DNA of 64,000 bases. Origin: Entomortierella parvispora E1425 (Eukaryota; Fungi; Mortierellomycota). The stretch covers positions 992,001 to 1,056,000 of the forward strand of contig BQFW01000014.1 in assembly GCA_020891255.1 (NCBI GenBank). Direction: 5' to 3'. The translations under genes were made by a program, and so were the position numbers. Shown piece by piece: positions 15,813-28,476 of the stretch (its first letter is position 1; the number at the start of each line of letters is the position of its first letter). Below the pieces are notes generated by a model that was not told the DNA's origin, did no database searches, and saw only the letters and a program-made list of their open reading frames with translations.

Positions 15813-18155
15813 TTACTCGTCGCATGCGTTGGGGAGGTCAAAGTTCTCCGAGCGGATGCTTCCGAAAGGCGAGTTGGCGCCAATGACCCTGGCCTTGGTA
15901 CCGAGACCACGCTTGGAGAAAGCTCTCCAGATATCGCACTTGTAGCGACCCTCGGTCAACAAGTTCTCAGCCTGGAGGATAGCATCACGAGCCTGAATGA
16001 AGGAAGGTGTGCAAGGCTGAAGCTTCAAACCATCAACGACCAACTGCAGAACCAAAGTGTTGGCGTAGCTGGTCTTGTCGTTGGTGTACCAGTCATCCGT
16101 GAAAGGAAGACGGAGGTTCAAGTTGCGGTAGACCTCGTACAACATCTCGGCCCAAACCTCACCCTTGGCATGGACACCCCAGTAAGCGGGGCCGTCCATA
16201 ATCTTGAAGGTCGAGGGGTTGGTCACCATCGATGTTGTGTAAGGGAAGCGACGAATACCCTGACCTCCGTTGGCGTAAGAGCCCATGTCGAACACAGACT
16301 CGTAGTTGTGGCTGGCGTTCTGGCGGAACATGGTGGCAAAGAAATCGCCCCATCCCTCTCCCATACCACCGGCCTCACCCCATCCCAAACAGCCAGAGTT
16401 GGCGGGACCTCCAGTCAAACGGGTTGAGATACCGTGAGCATACTCGTGGATGATGATGCCACTCTCCAAGTCGCCATCACGAGCAACCTCGGTGATATCC
16501 CAAACATACATGCGCATCTGACCACGCTGGCCATCAGGAGGAGTAGCAAAGTTGGCGTTGTTGTATCCAGATCCGTCCTGAGCATTGGCAATGACGGCGT
16601 CATTGCCCAATCCACCGCGACCAAAGTTGTTCTCCTGGAAGTTGCCGGACTGTTCATCAAAACCATAGTGGTGGAAGACATCGTGGACCTGGTTGTTCCA
16701 GTAGAACAGGTTGGTGATGGCAGCATCCACATAGGTGGCGGGATCCTTGCTGAAATCAATCTTGAAGTCAAAGGTCAACTCGCCATCCTTGGCGACCTTT
16801 CCCTCAGGTTTGGGGTTGTTCTGCCAGTCATTTCCATTTCTTCTGTTCTCACCGGCGTAAACGTTGTTGCCTACAGTGGTGGTGAAGTTTTTGTTTTGAG
16901 CCTGACGGTTCCATCCCAAGGGAGAGGCAGGGATGTGATGAGGGTCAACGACCAACTTGCGTTCGCCATCCAAGGGATCATTGACACCCATGGGGTAAAC
17001 ATTGTAGGTAGCATCTGCAACCCAGTCGATAACCTGCATGACCTTTCCAGTTTCAGCATTGACCTGAACGTGGAACCAGTTGTCGGTATCCTTCATTTCG
17101 ACCTGGAAATCATAGACGAGCTGAAGGGTGCCCTCGTCCGTCTGGATATAAGCCTGGGCCACTGGAACCTTTCCGTCGGCGGTCAAGGGGCAATTTGTCA
17201 TGACGACTTCGACCTTATCAGAGTGAAGCGAGTTAGTCGAGACAATATCCATGTCCTCGGGACGAGGGATCTCGACGTTGAGGTAGCGCGCAAACGAGAG
17301 GAGGGCATCTTGAGGCGAGAGCGAGGCCTTGTGCTCGGGCTGGTGCTCATCCTCGACAGCCTATTTGCATAGAACGAAAGAGTTAGATTGCCTGACATGT
17401 TTCACCAGAACAGAAACTGAGACCAACAATCAGGGCGTGCCGCATGGAAGAGGGTCCATTGCCACCAGCCAAGCTCTTTAGGTCTCGCATCGAGGATCTT
17501 TTTATGCTTACTTTGCTACGGCTGCTGCCGCGGTGTCTCCAGCTATCAAAGCTCAGTTGACGGCCTCGTTCAGCAACTTGCTCAGCCTCCTTCTTGATCC
17601 ATTCCTTGATCGTCAAAGACTCTTGCTGCTTGCGGCCTTTGTAGAACGAGTCTCCATAAGAGATCACATGGCCGTTCTTGTCCACGTTGATGTTGATGTC
17701 GCCGTTGACGACTTCGAGGCCATCGACCATTTGACTGGTGGATTTGAAAAAAAAGGAGTAACATTGTTGGACTGGCAATTAGATACTGTGCGCACAGCCA
17801 AGAAACGTACGTACACATACACATTCCCCACTGGAGACAAGATCTATATATCAATATCTTACCGGAGATAGACATGAGTGACACCGTTGTGCTTGGAGGT
17901 GTAGGCATTCTTGACCAAGTAGTCATTGCTGGTCAAGGCCAACTTTTGCTCAACAAAATCAAGAGCGGCTCTCTCGGGGTTTACGGCAGAACCGGTGAAG
18001 AAGGGACCTGAGTTCTCGACTGAGGGAGAGAGGTATTCTTTGTGGACCAACTCTGGTCCAAAAGGCTGGACTCTGGCACGGTGGGCAGAGGCAGTGCTGG
18101 CGACGACCAACACAGCGGCCAAGAGCGAGTACGAGTGCGACTTTGTGAACTTCAT
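15813..18155 (-). CDS. Secreted fungalysin (M36) zinc metalloprotease with propeptide
   Basis: Signal peptide MKFTKSHSYSLLAAVLVVASTASA from ATG 18155. Propeptide motif NGVTHVYLR. HEYAHGIS (HEXXH) and GMGEGWGDF in the mature domain. Confidence 0.96.
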
Positions 18156-18617
18156 TAGTGACTGTGTAGAGGTGTAGGTGTGGTGGAGTGTGGAGTGTGA
18201 GGAGAGAGAGACAGAGAAAAGAGAGGCAAGTGTGGAACAGGACAACAAAAATGACAGGAATAAATAAGACGGGACGGAGGTGAAAGACGGGGACGGACAG
18301 GACAAAGAGGAGGGTGCGATGAAGAGAAAAGAGGTGATGGGGAACAAGACAAGAAGTGAAAAGAGGAAAGGGACTGGGAAAATGAACAATGGATGCAATG
18401 AATGATGGGCATCCCCTCCCGATTTGGACTCCTTTGGGACAGCCCTGCCCCTTGCACCGCAGCATTTGCGGCGAATGAGCAGTCGTCATGTGACCCTTTC
18501 GATCCCGTGCCTGCTTGCGCCCAGTTGCTCCTTCCCTTTGTACGTCCACATTGCAAACATCCATCCATTGCCTACTACCTTCATTACTCATCCTACACTC
18601 ATCCTACACTCAACAAA

Positions 18618-20643
18618 ATGAACGTCGCCGTCAAGGGGAGCGATTTGCTCTTCATCAACTTCAATCAGGACTTCAGGTACGTCCACTGTCGGCCATAGAC
18701 TCGCTTGCCCACTCCCACATCAATGCGTGAATGTCCGCTTGCCTTTGCAGGCAAGGTCAAGGTCAACAAGCAGCGTTTACTCATACCAATCGATCTCACA
18801 ATATACTCTGCTTTTTTAAAAAAAAAAAAAACACACACGTAGCTGTATTTCGGTCGGGACAAAACATGGTTTTAAGATATACAACTGCGACCCATTCGGA
18901 AAATGCTATTCCAAAAGTACGTGGCAAAAGAAACGCGTCCTCAGAACATGGACTGCAAAGGCTCGCCGGATCGGATATGGAGTGACTCATCTATTCACAT
19001 TCAACCAATTTCTATTCAGCCGATAGCTCAATTGGAATTGTTGAAATGCTCTTTTGCACTTCCCTGGTTGCCATCGTCGGTGCAGGAGATCAGCCTGCAT
19101 CATCACCTCGGAGGTTGCAGATCATCAACACAAAAGTATGACCGAATTGTGGATTGAGCAACTGGCACATGGTAGGATAAATGGAAGCTAACACTTGTCT
19201 CTGTACTTTTGCCCCCAACTACAGCGCCAATCCACCATCTGCGAACTCACGTTTCCGACGTCCATCCTATCAGTAAAACTCAACAGGAAACGTCTTGTCG
19301 TTGTTCTCGAGGATCAGATTTACGTTTACGACATTAGCAATATGAAGTTATTGCATACCATCGAGACGAGTCCAAACCCTCATGGTAAGCGTCAACTGCG
19401 TCTCAGATGTATATATGTTTGTTTGTGTCGTGGCGCAGCTGTTAGGGGCAAGCGGCTCATTCGACCCCTCTATATTTGTTTCCATATAGCTATCTGCGCA
19501 CTGTCCTCTTCAAGTGAAAACTGTTTCCTTGCTTACCCTTCCCCGACCCCTTCTCCATCGGCCTTTTCCAGCAATGGCCGTAATGACAGCCATGGACCTT
19601 CAGGGGACGTTTTGATTTTTAATGCACTGACTCTGCAAGTCGTCAACATTGTTCAGGCTCACAAGACGTCAGTATCCAACATTGCAATCAACTCTGAGGG
19701 CACAATGCTCGCGACTGCTAGCGACAAGGTAACGGGAGACCCCCTTGGCTTTTTTATTCTTGTTTATACGGAAGGATGTAAGGGTTCAATGGAGATAACT
19801 GAACTTCTGAACGTTTGCAATTTTTTATCGATAGGGTACTGTCATTCGCATCTTCTCGATACCCAATGGCCAACGCCTGTTCCAATTTAGACGTGGCTCG
19901 CAGTCCGCACGCATTTATTCTCTGTCATTCAACCTTGCCAGTACACTTCTTTGCGTGTCTAGTGCAACGGACACTGTACATATTTTCAAGTTAGGAGGAT
20001 CAAAACCATCGACTCCTTCTGGTGGAGGCTCGACTGATGGATATTCGGAAGGCCTAGGTCTAGGAAGCGTGGGGTAAAGTTCAAGATTAAGAAAAGCTGT
20101 TTTATTTTCTCGAGCCAAAAGGAACATTGACCCATGTGCGCTTTTAAACACTATAGATCTATGGTGCGAAGGCAGTCTATGAATATTGGGAAGAATCTTG
20201 CTGGAAGCGTCGGATCGTACCTCCCAGGAGCTATTACAGAGATCTTCGAGCCTTCTCGTGATTTCGCGCACCTGAAGTTGCCAACTGCGGGAGTACAAAG
20301 TGTCATCGCCCTCAGCAAGTAGGTGGTTTGTTCGAACACAGTGGAACTAAAGCGATTCCTGTCGGCTTGGCTAACACCTCCCTCCCCCCTTCGTATTATT
20401 TCTTCTAAGCACTTTGCCACAGGTCATGGTCGCCACCTCGGATGGTTACCTTTACCAATACAACATTGACTTGGAGAATGGTGGTCCATGTGTCCTGCTA
20501 AAGCAGTTTAGGTACAATATTTTCGGAATATCAGGCACTCCAACTATGAACATGTTGGCTTGACACTGACTCATTTGCCTTTGCCTTTGCCTTTGCCTAG
20601 CCTTCTGGAGTCCTTGGATGATAAAGGAGAAGAGGAAAAGTAG
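18618..20643 (+). CDS. ATG18: Autophagy WD40 PROPPIN Atg18/WIPI, many short exons
   Basis: Spliced reading gives NFNQDF|[51 protein letters not shown] and AHK...LATASDK|GTVIR. Stop TAG at 20641-20643. Confidence 0.93.
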
Positions 20644-20682
20644 ATGCTCCAAAAAAAAAAAAAAAAAAAAAAACGCGATATA

Positions 20683-20692
20683 GTCACGTGAT
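20683..20692. promoter_or_regulatory. GTCACGTGAT E-box (bHLH/Cbf1-type) next to ACGCG/CGCGT (MCB-like) motifs upstream of NDC80
   Basis: ACGCG at 20673-20677, CACGTG at 20685-20690 and CGCGT at 20716-20720, about 230 bp upstream of the NDC80 ATG. Function is inferred from yeast motif knowledge only. Confidence 0.35.
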
Positions 20693-20921
20693 GTAATAAA
20701 TAAAAGCGCAAAGTTCGCGTGTCCATGCATCATCGTTGCCCTTCGTTTTTAATCAAAGTCAACAACCCCGGAATCAGGAGTGCACTCAAACAGGGCAAAC
20801 CACATCCGTGTCTGCAAATTCAGGAGCAGCATCTCGAAAGACAGATCCTTTCAAAAACGCGTTTCTATTGCTGGAGGTACTTGGACATCCGAGAAAACTG
20901 AGGAACTATAATCACTTCACC

Positions 20922-23467
20922 ATGCAAGGCCCTCCCTCCAACAACTTCTATAGCAACAACCCGGCGCCAGGCGGCATGAATACGAGTGGAGCTGCGGGTT
21001 CAAATAACCGCTGGAGCGTATCGTCAAACTTCAGACAGTCTGTAACCGGCAGTAGCGCCCACAGGAACAGCATGTTGAATTCTGGCGTCATGATGTCTCA
21101 ACGCCCTTCTCCCATGGGACAACTGAACAATGAGGATCACAACATGCTGAACAGCAGTGTAATGGGCCCCCCAATGGGCACAAGCCGGTACGGTTATATT
21201 CTTGGGTCCAAGTTACTGAACAGCCTGCGACGCTGCTCTCTATCTTTTCTTTGCTAATTTGGGACCGATTTTATGCAACAGAAGCAGCAGCGCAAGTGGC
21301 TTTGCTCCAAGGCAGTCCTTCTCTGGCAGTGGATCTCGGATGACAGCACAGATCAACTCTATGAACCAAAGGGATAATCGTCCGATCAAGGATAAGAGCT
21401 ATCAGCGGAGCATGGTGAATGACCTGGTCAACTACTTAAATCAATCTGGATACCAGCACAACGTTACCACCAAAACCTTGACACAACCTACCAACAAGGA
21501 TTTCCAAGAGATATTCAAGTATCTTTATCATAAACTGGAGCCAGATTTCGATTTCCAAAAGAAGCCAGAAGATGAGGTGCCTGCGCTTCTGAAAACGATG
21601 AGGTATTGCTTCACCAGCTGATTGATACTATCAGAACAGACCGCTATCAAACTGGACAATTTTTTCTAATTTGTATAATCCTTTTTGCTTCAGATATCCG
21701 GCAGCAGACACCATCACGCGAACGGCACTTTATGCAGTGGGAACGCCGCATTCTTGGCCCAACATGTTGGCTCTGATGTCTTGGATGGTGGAGGTTAAAG
21801 CGGTAAGCAGGGGACTCGACATAAACAAAACGACTCTTTTCTGAATGGACTTTCTAACTTTCTAATCACCGATACATTCTTTCCTGGTTACTAGGTCATT
21901 GACAAGCACAGAGATATGTTAGATCAACTCAAGTCAAGCAATGCCCAACACAGGAATCGGGATATCATTCCAGATCTTGACATGACTCAAGTATCTCCGG
22001 ATCGCGCTCTCTACTACTACCTCATTCAAACATACAAGGGGTGGATGCTCTACGGTCTCTACAACGATCCTGATCTGGATGAAAACCTATCATTAAGTTT
22101 CCAGCGGCGCCAAGAGTACGCTGAGGATCAGGCTCGGCACTTACAGGACTCTATTGAATCCTTGCGGCTCGAGTTGGAAACATCCTTGAAAGAACCCGTA
22201 TGTATCCCGAACTAATTTGGACAGAATCAAGGCAGGAATGCAGCTTGAGGACCGATGACCAATATCCCTTCTTATTATTATTTCTTGTCACCTAGTCTGA
22301 ACTGGAGGCGCTGCAGAGAGATCAAGAAATTCTTGAGAAGGACCAGCAGCAGTTTCATAAGGCGATTGAGTACACGGAGCCAAGGATCGAGGAGGTTAAC
22401 AAGGCTAACGAAAAGCTGAAGTCCAACATGGAGGCCAAAAGAAGCAAACTGGAAGACTCTGAGCGAGCCTTTGAAGAAATTCAGGAGATTGTACGTTCAC
22501 AAACCATGACGCGAGCTGGTCTGGAAGCCAAGATCGACGAGCGGAACAAACTGCGCCGGAAAGAAGAAAGTTTGAGGCAACATATTAGAAACCTTGACAA
22601 TGAGCAACGGTCTTTGGACAAGCGCTTCCAGGAGAATGAAGCAAAAGCAGAGGAAGTGGCCAAAGAATATAACGACTTGGCGATTCGAGCAGGGATCGTA
22701 CCCATTTCTGCAAAATACGCTGGTGGCAAGGACTATGAGCTGCAACTGGACCTCGACAGTACTCTTACTGGATCTGGCAATATTTACACGGTCGATATCA
22801 AGGGAGCTGAGAGAGCTGTCAGCGCTTTAAGGAACCAGTTCACAAAGGAAGTGAATCGAGTCTCGAGTGAATTGGCGGTAATGAAAGAGGAGTATGATCA
22901 ATTGGAGGACCAGTTTGATGATGAATCAACAGATCTCCGAATGATAGACAGAGAATACTTCAATCTCAACAAAAAATATCAGGAAGAGAAGGATGTAAGT
23001 TTTGCCTTTGGGCGTTTGATTAACCTGAGTTCAAGTACTATCCCTAATATTGATTTATTCATGGCTATTAGGCTGCGAGATCAGAGACTCTTCAAAGACA
23101 GTCTTTCGTGGAAGCACAGGAAGAAGCTATTCAGAAAATGATCCAAGACACCAACTACCTTGTAGCCGATGCGGAGCGGTTGGACAGCGAGAACGCGCAA
23201 TTGGAGAAACAATTGGCCCAAATAGTGGAACAGTCGAACAAAAAGATCAAAGACATCCTACAGCAACTAAGCAAAGCAAAACAACAAGTCGAACAGCAGG
23301 TGGGCGTTATTCAGTCCATGGCAAGCAAGGAACTTGAGGATACATTGCATCAAAAAGATCAACTCTTGGATATCTTTGATGCTGAATCGACCATTGAACG
23401 GCGTCGAGCCAATGATCCTGAGGCAACCATTGTGAATTTTTCCAGAGATTTGATGTTTTCACAATAA
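20922..23467 (+). CDS. NDC80: Kinetochore protein Ndc80/Hec1
   Basis: Calponin-homology-region motifs RDNRPIKDKSYQ, PTNKDFQEIFKYLY and KKPEDEVPALLKTMRYP. Unstructured N-terminal tail and long C-terminal coiled-coil exons. Confidence 0.92.
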
Positions 23468-23560
23468 TCATCTTCTAAATACAATGATAAAAGAAAACAT
23501 GCAAAAAATCGTAGAGGTGATAGTGACTGTATTATGAGAAAGGCGCTGGCGGTGGTTCGC

Positions 23561-25187
23561 CTACTCGTCATCTTCATTCCCTATTTCACTTCCGTTCTGT
23601 CCTCCACTGCCGCCGCCAATATCCTGGCCACTCATCAACAACTGCCTCAGAATCTCGGGTGGGTATTCGGCTCCCCGGACTTTGACGTTGTAACAAGCCA
23701 GTTCGATCTTGTTGAGCGACTGCTTTAGGACACCCATTTTTTTGGAGATTGGAGAAGCCCTCGTGAGTGAAAGGCCATCAAAGCCAGACTTGATGTCCCG
23801 AAGAAAGTTCAAAATTTGCTGTACACGCACTTCTGGTGTTGGTAGAGCAGCTGTGGAAGCACTTGGGTCCTGAGGCACGGCGATGATGGATTGGCCAAGA
23901 GTGTTGATAGCCAGTCGCATCAACTCTCCGGTCAGGTCAGCAATCCCGAGCAAATAATCCTCATCTGTAACCTCCAGGCTCACTCGAGTCGAAGGTGCAG
24001 GTGGACGAGTCTGGAGGGCCTCTAAATTTGAAGCAACTACCAAAACAGCAGTTGCCACTGCCGCCGCTGTGCTTTGATCTGTATCGACGACCATAGGCGA
24101 TGGTGATGCGGATGTTTCTGATTCGGTCGTTCCTTCAGTCTTGGGCTCCGTTGGTGGCTGTGGTACCTTTTGGTTTGCTTCCTCCTTGCTGTCTCTGGTA
24201 TAAGGGCCGCGTCGAATGTCATCGCCGCCACCAAGGCCGCCGCCTCTTCCTCTGGATCCGCCTCGCCCTCCTCTTCCTCTGCCCCCACCACCCCCAAAGG
24301 ACGACGTTTCGGCGATGCTGATGATGAGATCAGGGTTACTCATCTGCTCTGGTGTGGTCATAAATACGAGATCTTTTTCCAGTGCACTCTTTGGCATGAG
24401 CGCTCCGTGAGTTAGATAGTATTCCAGGGTCAATGCCTCGATCTACAAGGAGAAAAAAATGTAGGTCAGATCATTACTTGAAGTGTAGAAATAAATAAGA
24501 ATAAATGAGTATATTTGCAGTCTCGTACATATTCTTGCATGGCGCCGGAGATACTTCTTTGGTAGCGATAGTAATTTGAATCCTGGAGATCAATGGCAAC
24601 ACGATGAAAAAGCTTGAGTACCGTGGCGTGTTTCTCCTTGAACTCGACCAATGCCTCGGAAAAGGGTGCAAACTGCGGAAGAAAATCCTTGGGTTCTGCG
24701 CGATGAAGGGCAAAGATCATCTTTTTGCTGAAGTTATTGATGTCCCTAGATTCATGTCGAATTCAGAGTGTAGATTAGCACCTGGTCCATGACCATGTCT
24801 TTTTTTTTCGGTCTCGAAGGGCTATAACGCCCTGGCTCTTCCTGTCCATCGTCATGGGCTTTTACCTGGAAATCTTGATGATTCTCTCTCGTTTCTCGTG
24901 CTAAGATGAATTGGAGCCAAAAAGACAAAGTGAGTGTATGAACGAATGCACTGGACCATCCTGTTGGGTCCACACTGTATTTATCCGAGTGTTTCCTCCA
25001 GATACTTTACGTGTTGTTCCAGGATATCGCGATAAAGTGCAAAGTCCTTAACGACAGACTGACCCAACTTGGCGCGCACAGATTCGGTTTTTGGGGTGTC
25101 TTCATGAGCCAGAGCCGAGAGTAATGGATCAGAAGCCGAGGCTGAGGACGCGGGCGGGGTCTCCATGTGCACGTCTGAGAGGTCCAT
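23561..25187 (-). CDS. TSNAX: Translin-associated factor X (TRAX, C3PO subunit)
   Basis: Spliced ISGAMQEY|IEALT, DYLLGIADLTGELMRLAIN, KKMGVLKQSLNKIELACYNVKVRGAE. Confidence 0.9.
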
Positions 25188-25265
25188 AGCGGTAATGTAT
25201 GATGAGGGATGTGATGCAGAGGGGGAAAGAGGAATCAGTTCGCGTGTCAAGTCAGTGAGTATATA

Positions 25266-25288
25266 TGTGTGTGTGTGTGTGTGTGTGG
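25266..25288. repeat. (GT)n microsatellite in the TRAX / hypothetical-gene bidirectional promoter
   Basis: Run of about 11 GT units read directly from the sequence. Confidence 0.8.
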
Positions 25289-25404
25289 GACAGTCACTGA
25301 AACGCCACCATGTATCTCTATCTTTTGTCCATCACTGTGCATGTTCTCTCCTTCTCTGCACCATCCCATTCCTCATCGCCGTCACCGGAACAGTAGCAGC
25401 ACTC

Positions 25405-28303
25405 ATGGACGACCAACGCCCAAGGATCCTTGACAAACGACAGGCTCCTGTAAGAACTCGGGAATATACGCCATTCCAGCATGAGTCTTGCTTTGCCTTT
25501 ATTTTTATTGTTCTTTCGTGCTCACCCTGGACACTTTTCCTTAGTCTGGTATAGAGTATCTGGTGTCTGTCACAGACGAATGGGTCCCGTCCTCTACAAG
25601 TCGGTTCATTCAACCAGAGTTGGTGGAGCTGTACGAATGGCTTAACAGCTCTGGCTTCCGCGAGGGCGATGATGCCCTGCCAACGGTGATTCGTCCGAAG
25701 ATCGCAGTACCCAAAGGCACGCGGATAAGAACAACGAGCTCCAATGGCGGCTATCCTTCACAGCTACTCAGGGCGCAGCAAAAGGAGCAACAACAAAGAA
25801 TACAGGAGAACAAGGAACCACGGAAACATTCTGCACCAGAAGACCATCACCTTGAGGCTGACTCGGAACAGTCCAGGCAAGCCAAAAAGCAGCGATTAGA
25901 AGGTTCTTACATTGAAGGTCTTGGACACTTGAAAATCTCGAACGATACCCCTGGTCAGGATGATTCAGACAGAGAGAAAGAATCCGCCTCAGAGTCCACA
26001 ACTACATCCCCGCCTCCATCCGTGTCGACATCAAATCAGCCATCTGAAGTGAAGACCTCGGCAGCAAACTCTACACCAAAAACACCTTCTAGTCCTGCTC
26101 CACCACAACTCATGGAATTCAACCGAAACACCGAACAAATGGTCGAGGTTTATTTTAAAGAGGGCATGGGTAACGTACCGTGGCAAACGGCCAATTCTTT
26201 TTCTTTGACAGATGGTTTGGATCTAATGTCACCGAGATCAATTTGATCCGCCAACTAAAACTCGCCTCATTGTCCTCCTGCAATAGATGCATCTGGAGTG
26301 GAAATGTTTGATGTTGTTCTTGGTCCTTATAGACGACCCACAAAGTATGATGACAAAAAAAAGGGAGGGGGGGGGGGGTATCGGCATCTCGATAGAAAAT
26401 GAAGAAACTAACCCAAATCATATACCTTTCAATAGAGAATTTGTTGCTGCCTTCTTTTTTGCAGTCGTTTTGTCGCCACTCACAGATCCTGCAACAATTG
26501 AGGCTGCAATTCACGTCTTGGATCGAGCCCTGACACTTCATGGACCTCAGATCTTTGAAGATGTTTGGAGTGTACAAAAGCGACGTCGAGAATTTGCTGA
26601 AGGGAATAGTCCATTTTCCCGACAACAGAGCTCCAGTTCATCCGCAGCCACTGGAGCTTCTCTCCTTGGTGAAAGCACTTCCTTTCAACAACGTGAGGGT
26701 CCACTTGGGATGGACCGGGCCATAGCAAACCGGCTACCAAACTGGAACGACCTGTGGGATGTAGTCAAGGCAGAACTTGGACTGGACTCCAAACCAGAGT
26801 CGAAACAGCATATCGCTCTACAGGAACACCATATCCGACTGAGGTTACAAGGAGAGGATCAAACTCAGGAGCCGTCATCACCTATCATGGAGGATCTTTT
26901 TAAGAGCGAGGCTCAGACTGTACGGGAAGAACTAGGCAGAGCCATTGTAGGGTTGCTTTTACGAGTCTTGGAACAGGACTCTGTTTCGACCAATGGTAAG
27001 ATCATGAAATGCAAGATCCCAACTATACTTACATGAGAAGGGGCTAACATTTTTTCTTGTATTTTTTTCTCTCGCAACAAAAATGGATATGACAGTCGGT
27101 ACTAGGTCCTTTTTCTGTCGAAACGTCCTTCGCTATGACCCATTCTCTCCTTCGCATGGTGTGCGACAGACCTTGGATGTTGTTTTTCAGGTGGCAGGGC
27201 TTGCTACATCCTCAAAATTCTTTTCCCCTCCTGCGCCCAAAATTATGGCCCCTGTGGGAAAGTCTGGTCCGCGCGCTACAGGACCTTGGCCCCTGGAAGA
27301 TCGGTGTCAACTGAACGCAGCTGGAATGGAGACGCTACAACTTGGACAGCAGATTCTGCTGCTGCTAGTCCGCTTCACACAAGCAGGAACACTCTTCCCA
27401 GAGAAAGGATTAGAAGAACTGGCGAGGGAAGCACTTTCCAGGCTGAGCAAGATGAACAAAGACAGGAAGGTTGCGACAACCAGCAGCGGTCGATCCTCCA
27501 CAGGATCACCTTCCCCCTCATTGCCATTTATACTGGAACGATACAACCTCGACCAGACAGAGATCTTTTTGAAGACTTTGCTTCAAGGCCCCTGTTTATT
27601 GGGTTCAGGAACTGGCTCTGGGGCTGGATTGAAATGTGCCATGAAGGAGAACAAGTTCGAATCTCCTGTCAAGAATGAGTCCTTTGCTTCGTCCGCGATC
27701 GGTATTGGTACAGGCAGTGGACTCCCAGAAGGTGCGTTCAAGAGTCAGACGGGCCTCTGTATGGGGTCGAGCACGTTTGTGATGGTCCTGGTTGATCTTT
27801 GGTTCCAGTCCAAAACCACATCCAAGGGCAGCGGTGGTGGTGGCTCCTCCATGCTGAAATTCAAGACTGTCGTCGAAACCTATGCCATGCCTCCACATGT
27901 GCGACCCGTCGCGAACACAGCTTCGTCCAAAAAAGGATCCAAATCGTCACCGTCTTTGGATGACGACGAGCGCGTCTCAGAGAACTGGAATGCCAAGGAT
28001 ATGGAGCAACTAGAGTGGACTGTGATGATGATTGAGGTCTTGGTTTGGGCCTGGATTGAGGCTCGCGGTATTCGGCGACATGAAATTGAGGGTACAGGCT
28101 TAGAACAGGCCCTTTTCCCGACGGATCAAAGTTCTCAAAAGACAAACAGTTCTGGCGGCTCATCACAAGGACATTCTTCTTCTGGATGGCTGGTCATGTC
28201 TGATCTTTTGTCCGCCGTAGGAGGTTCGCTTCAGAGGCGGTGGGAGCACATTGAGAATGCAATTGAGGCCGCCATCATGATTGAGGATCTTTGCTTACGG
28301 TGA
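25405..28303 (+). CDS. Hypothetical multi-exon protein with a possible degenerate chromodomain-like N-terminus
   Basis: ATG 25405 and a GT-AG intron ending at 25544 join in frame to ORF 25563..26246. Later ORFs 26287..27036 and 27083..28303 have plausible splice sites. Divergent from TRAX across a 217 bp gap. Confidence 0.7.
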
Positions 28304-28476
28304 AACTCTCCTCTGAAATAAAAAACAACAACCTCAGAAACCCCAAGGCCCCCATTTCCAATTGAATGATGATTGTGGAAATGTTTTAAAAGAAAAGCAC
28401 TTTTCTAATGAATGATTCTAGGAAGTAGGGTAATTATCTGTTGGAAGGGCAGGAAGCTGATCACTGAAAAGCTGAA

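Noticed and set aside
16434-17372. 312-aa antisense ORF over fungalysin
   Set aside because: Same codon-bias shadow effect. The translation is Val/Leu/Gly-rich with no domain signature.
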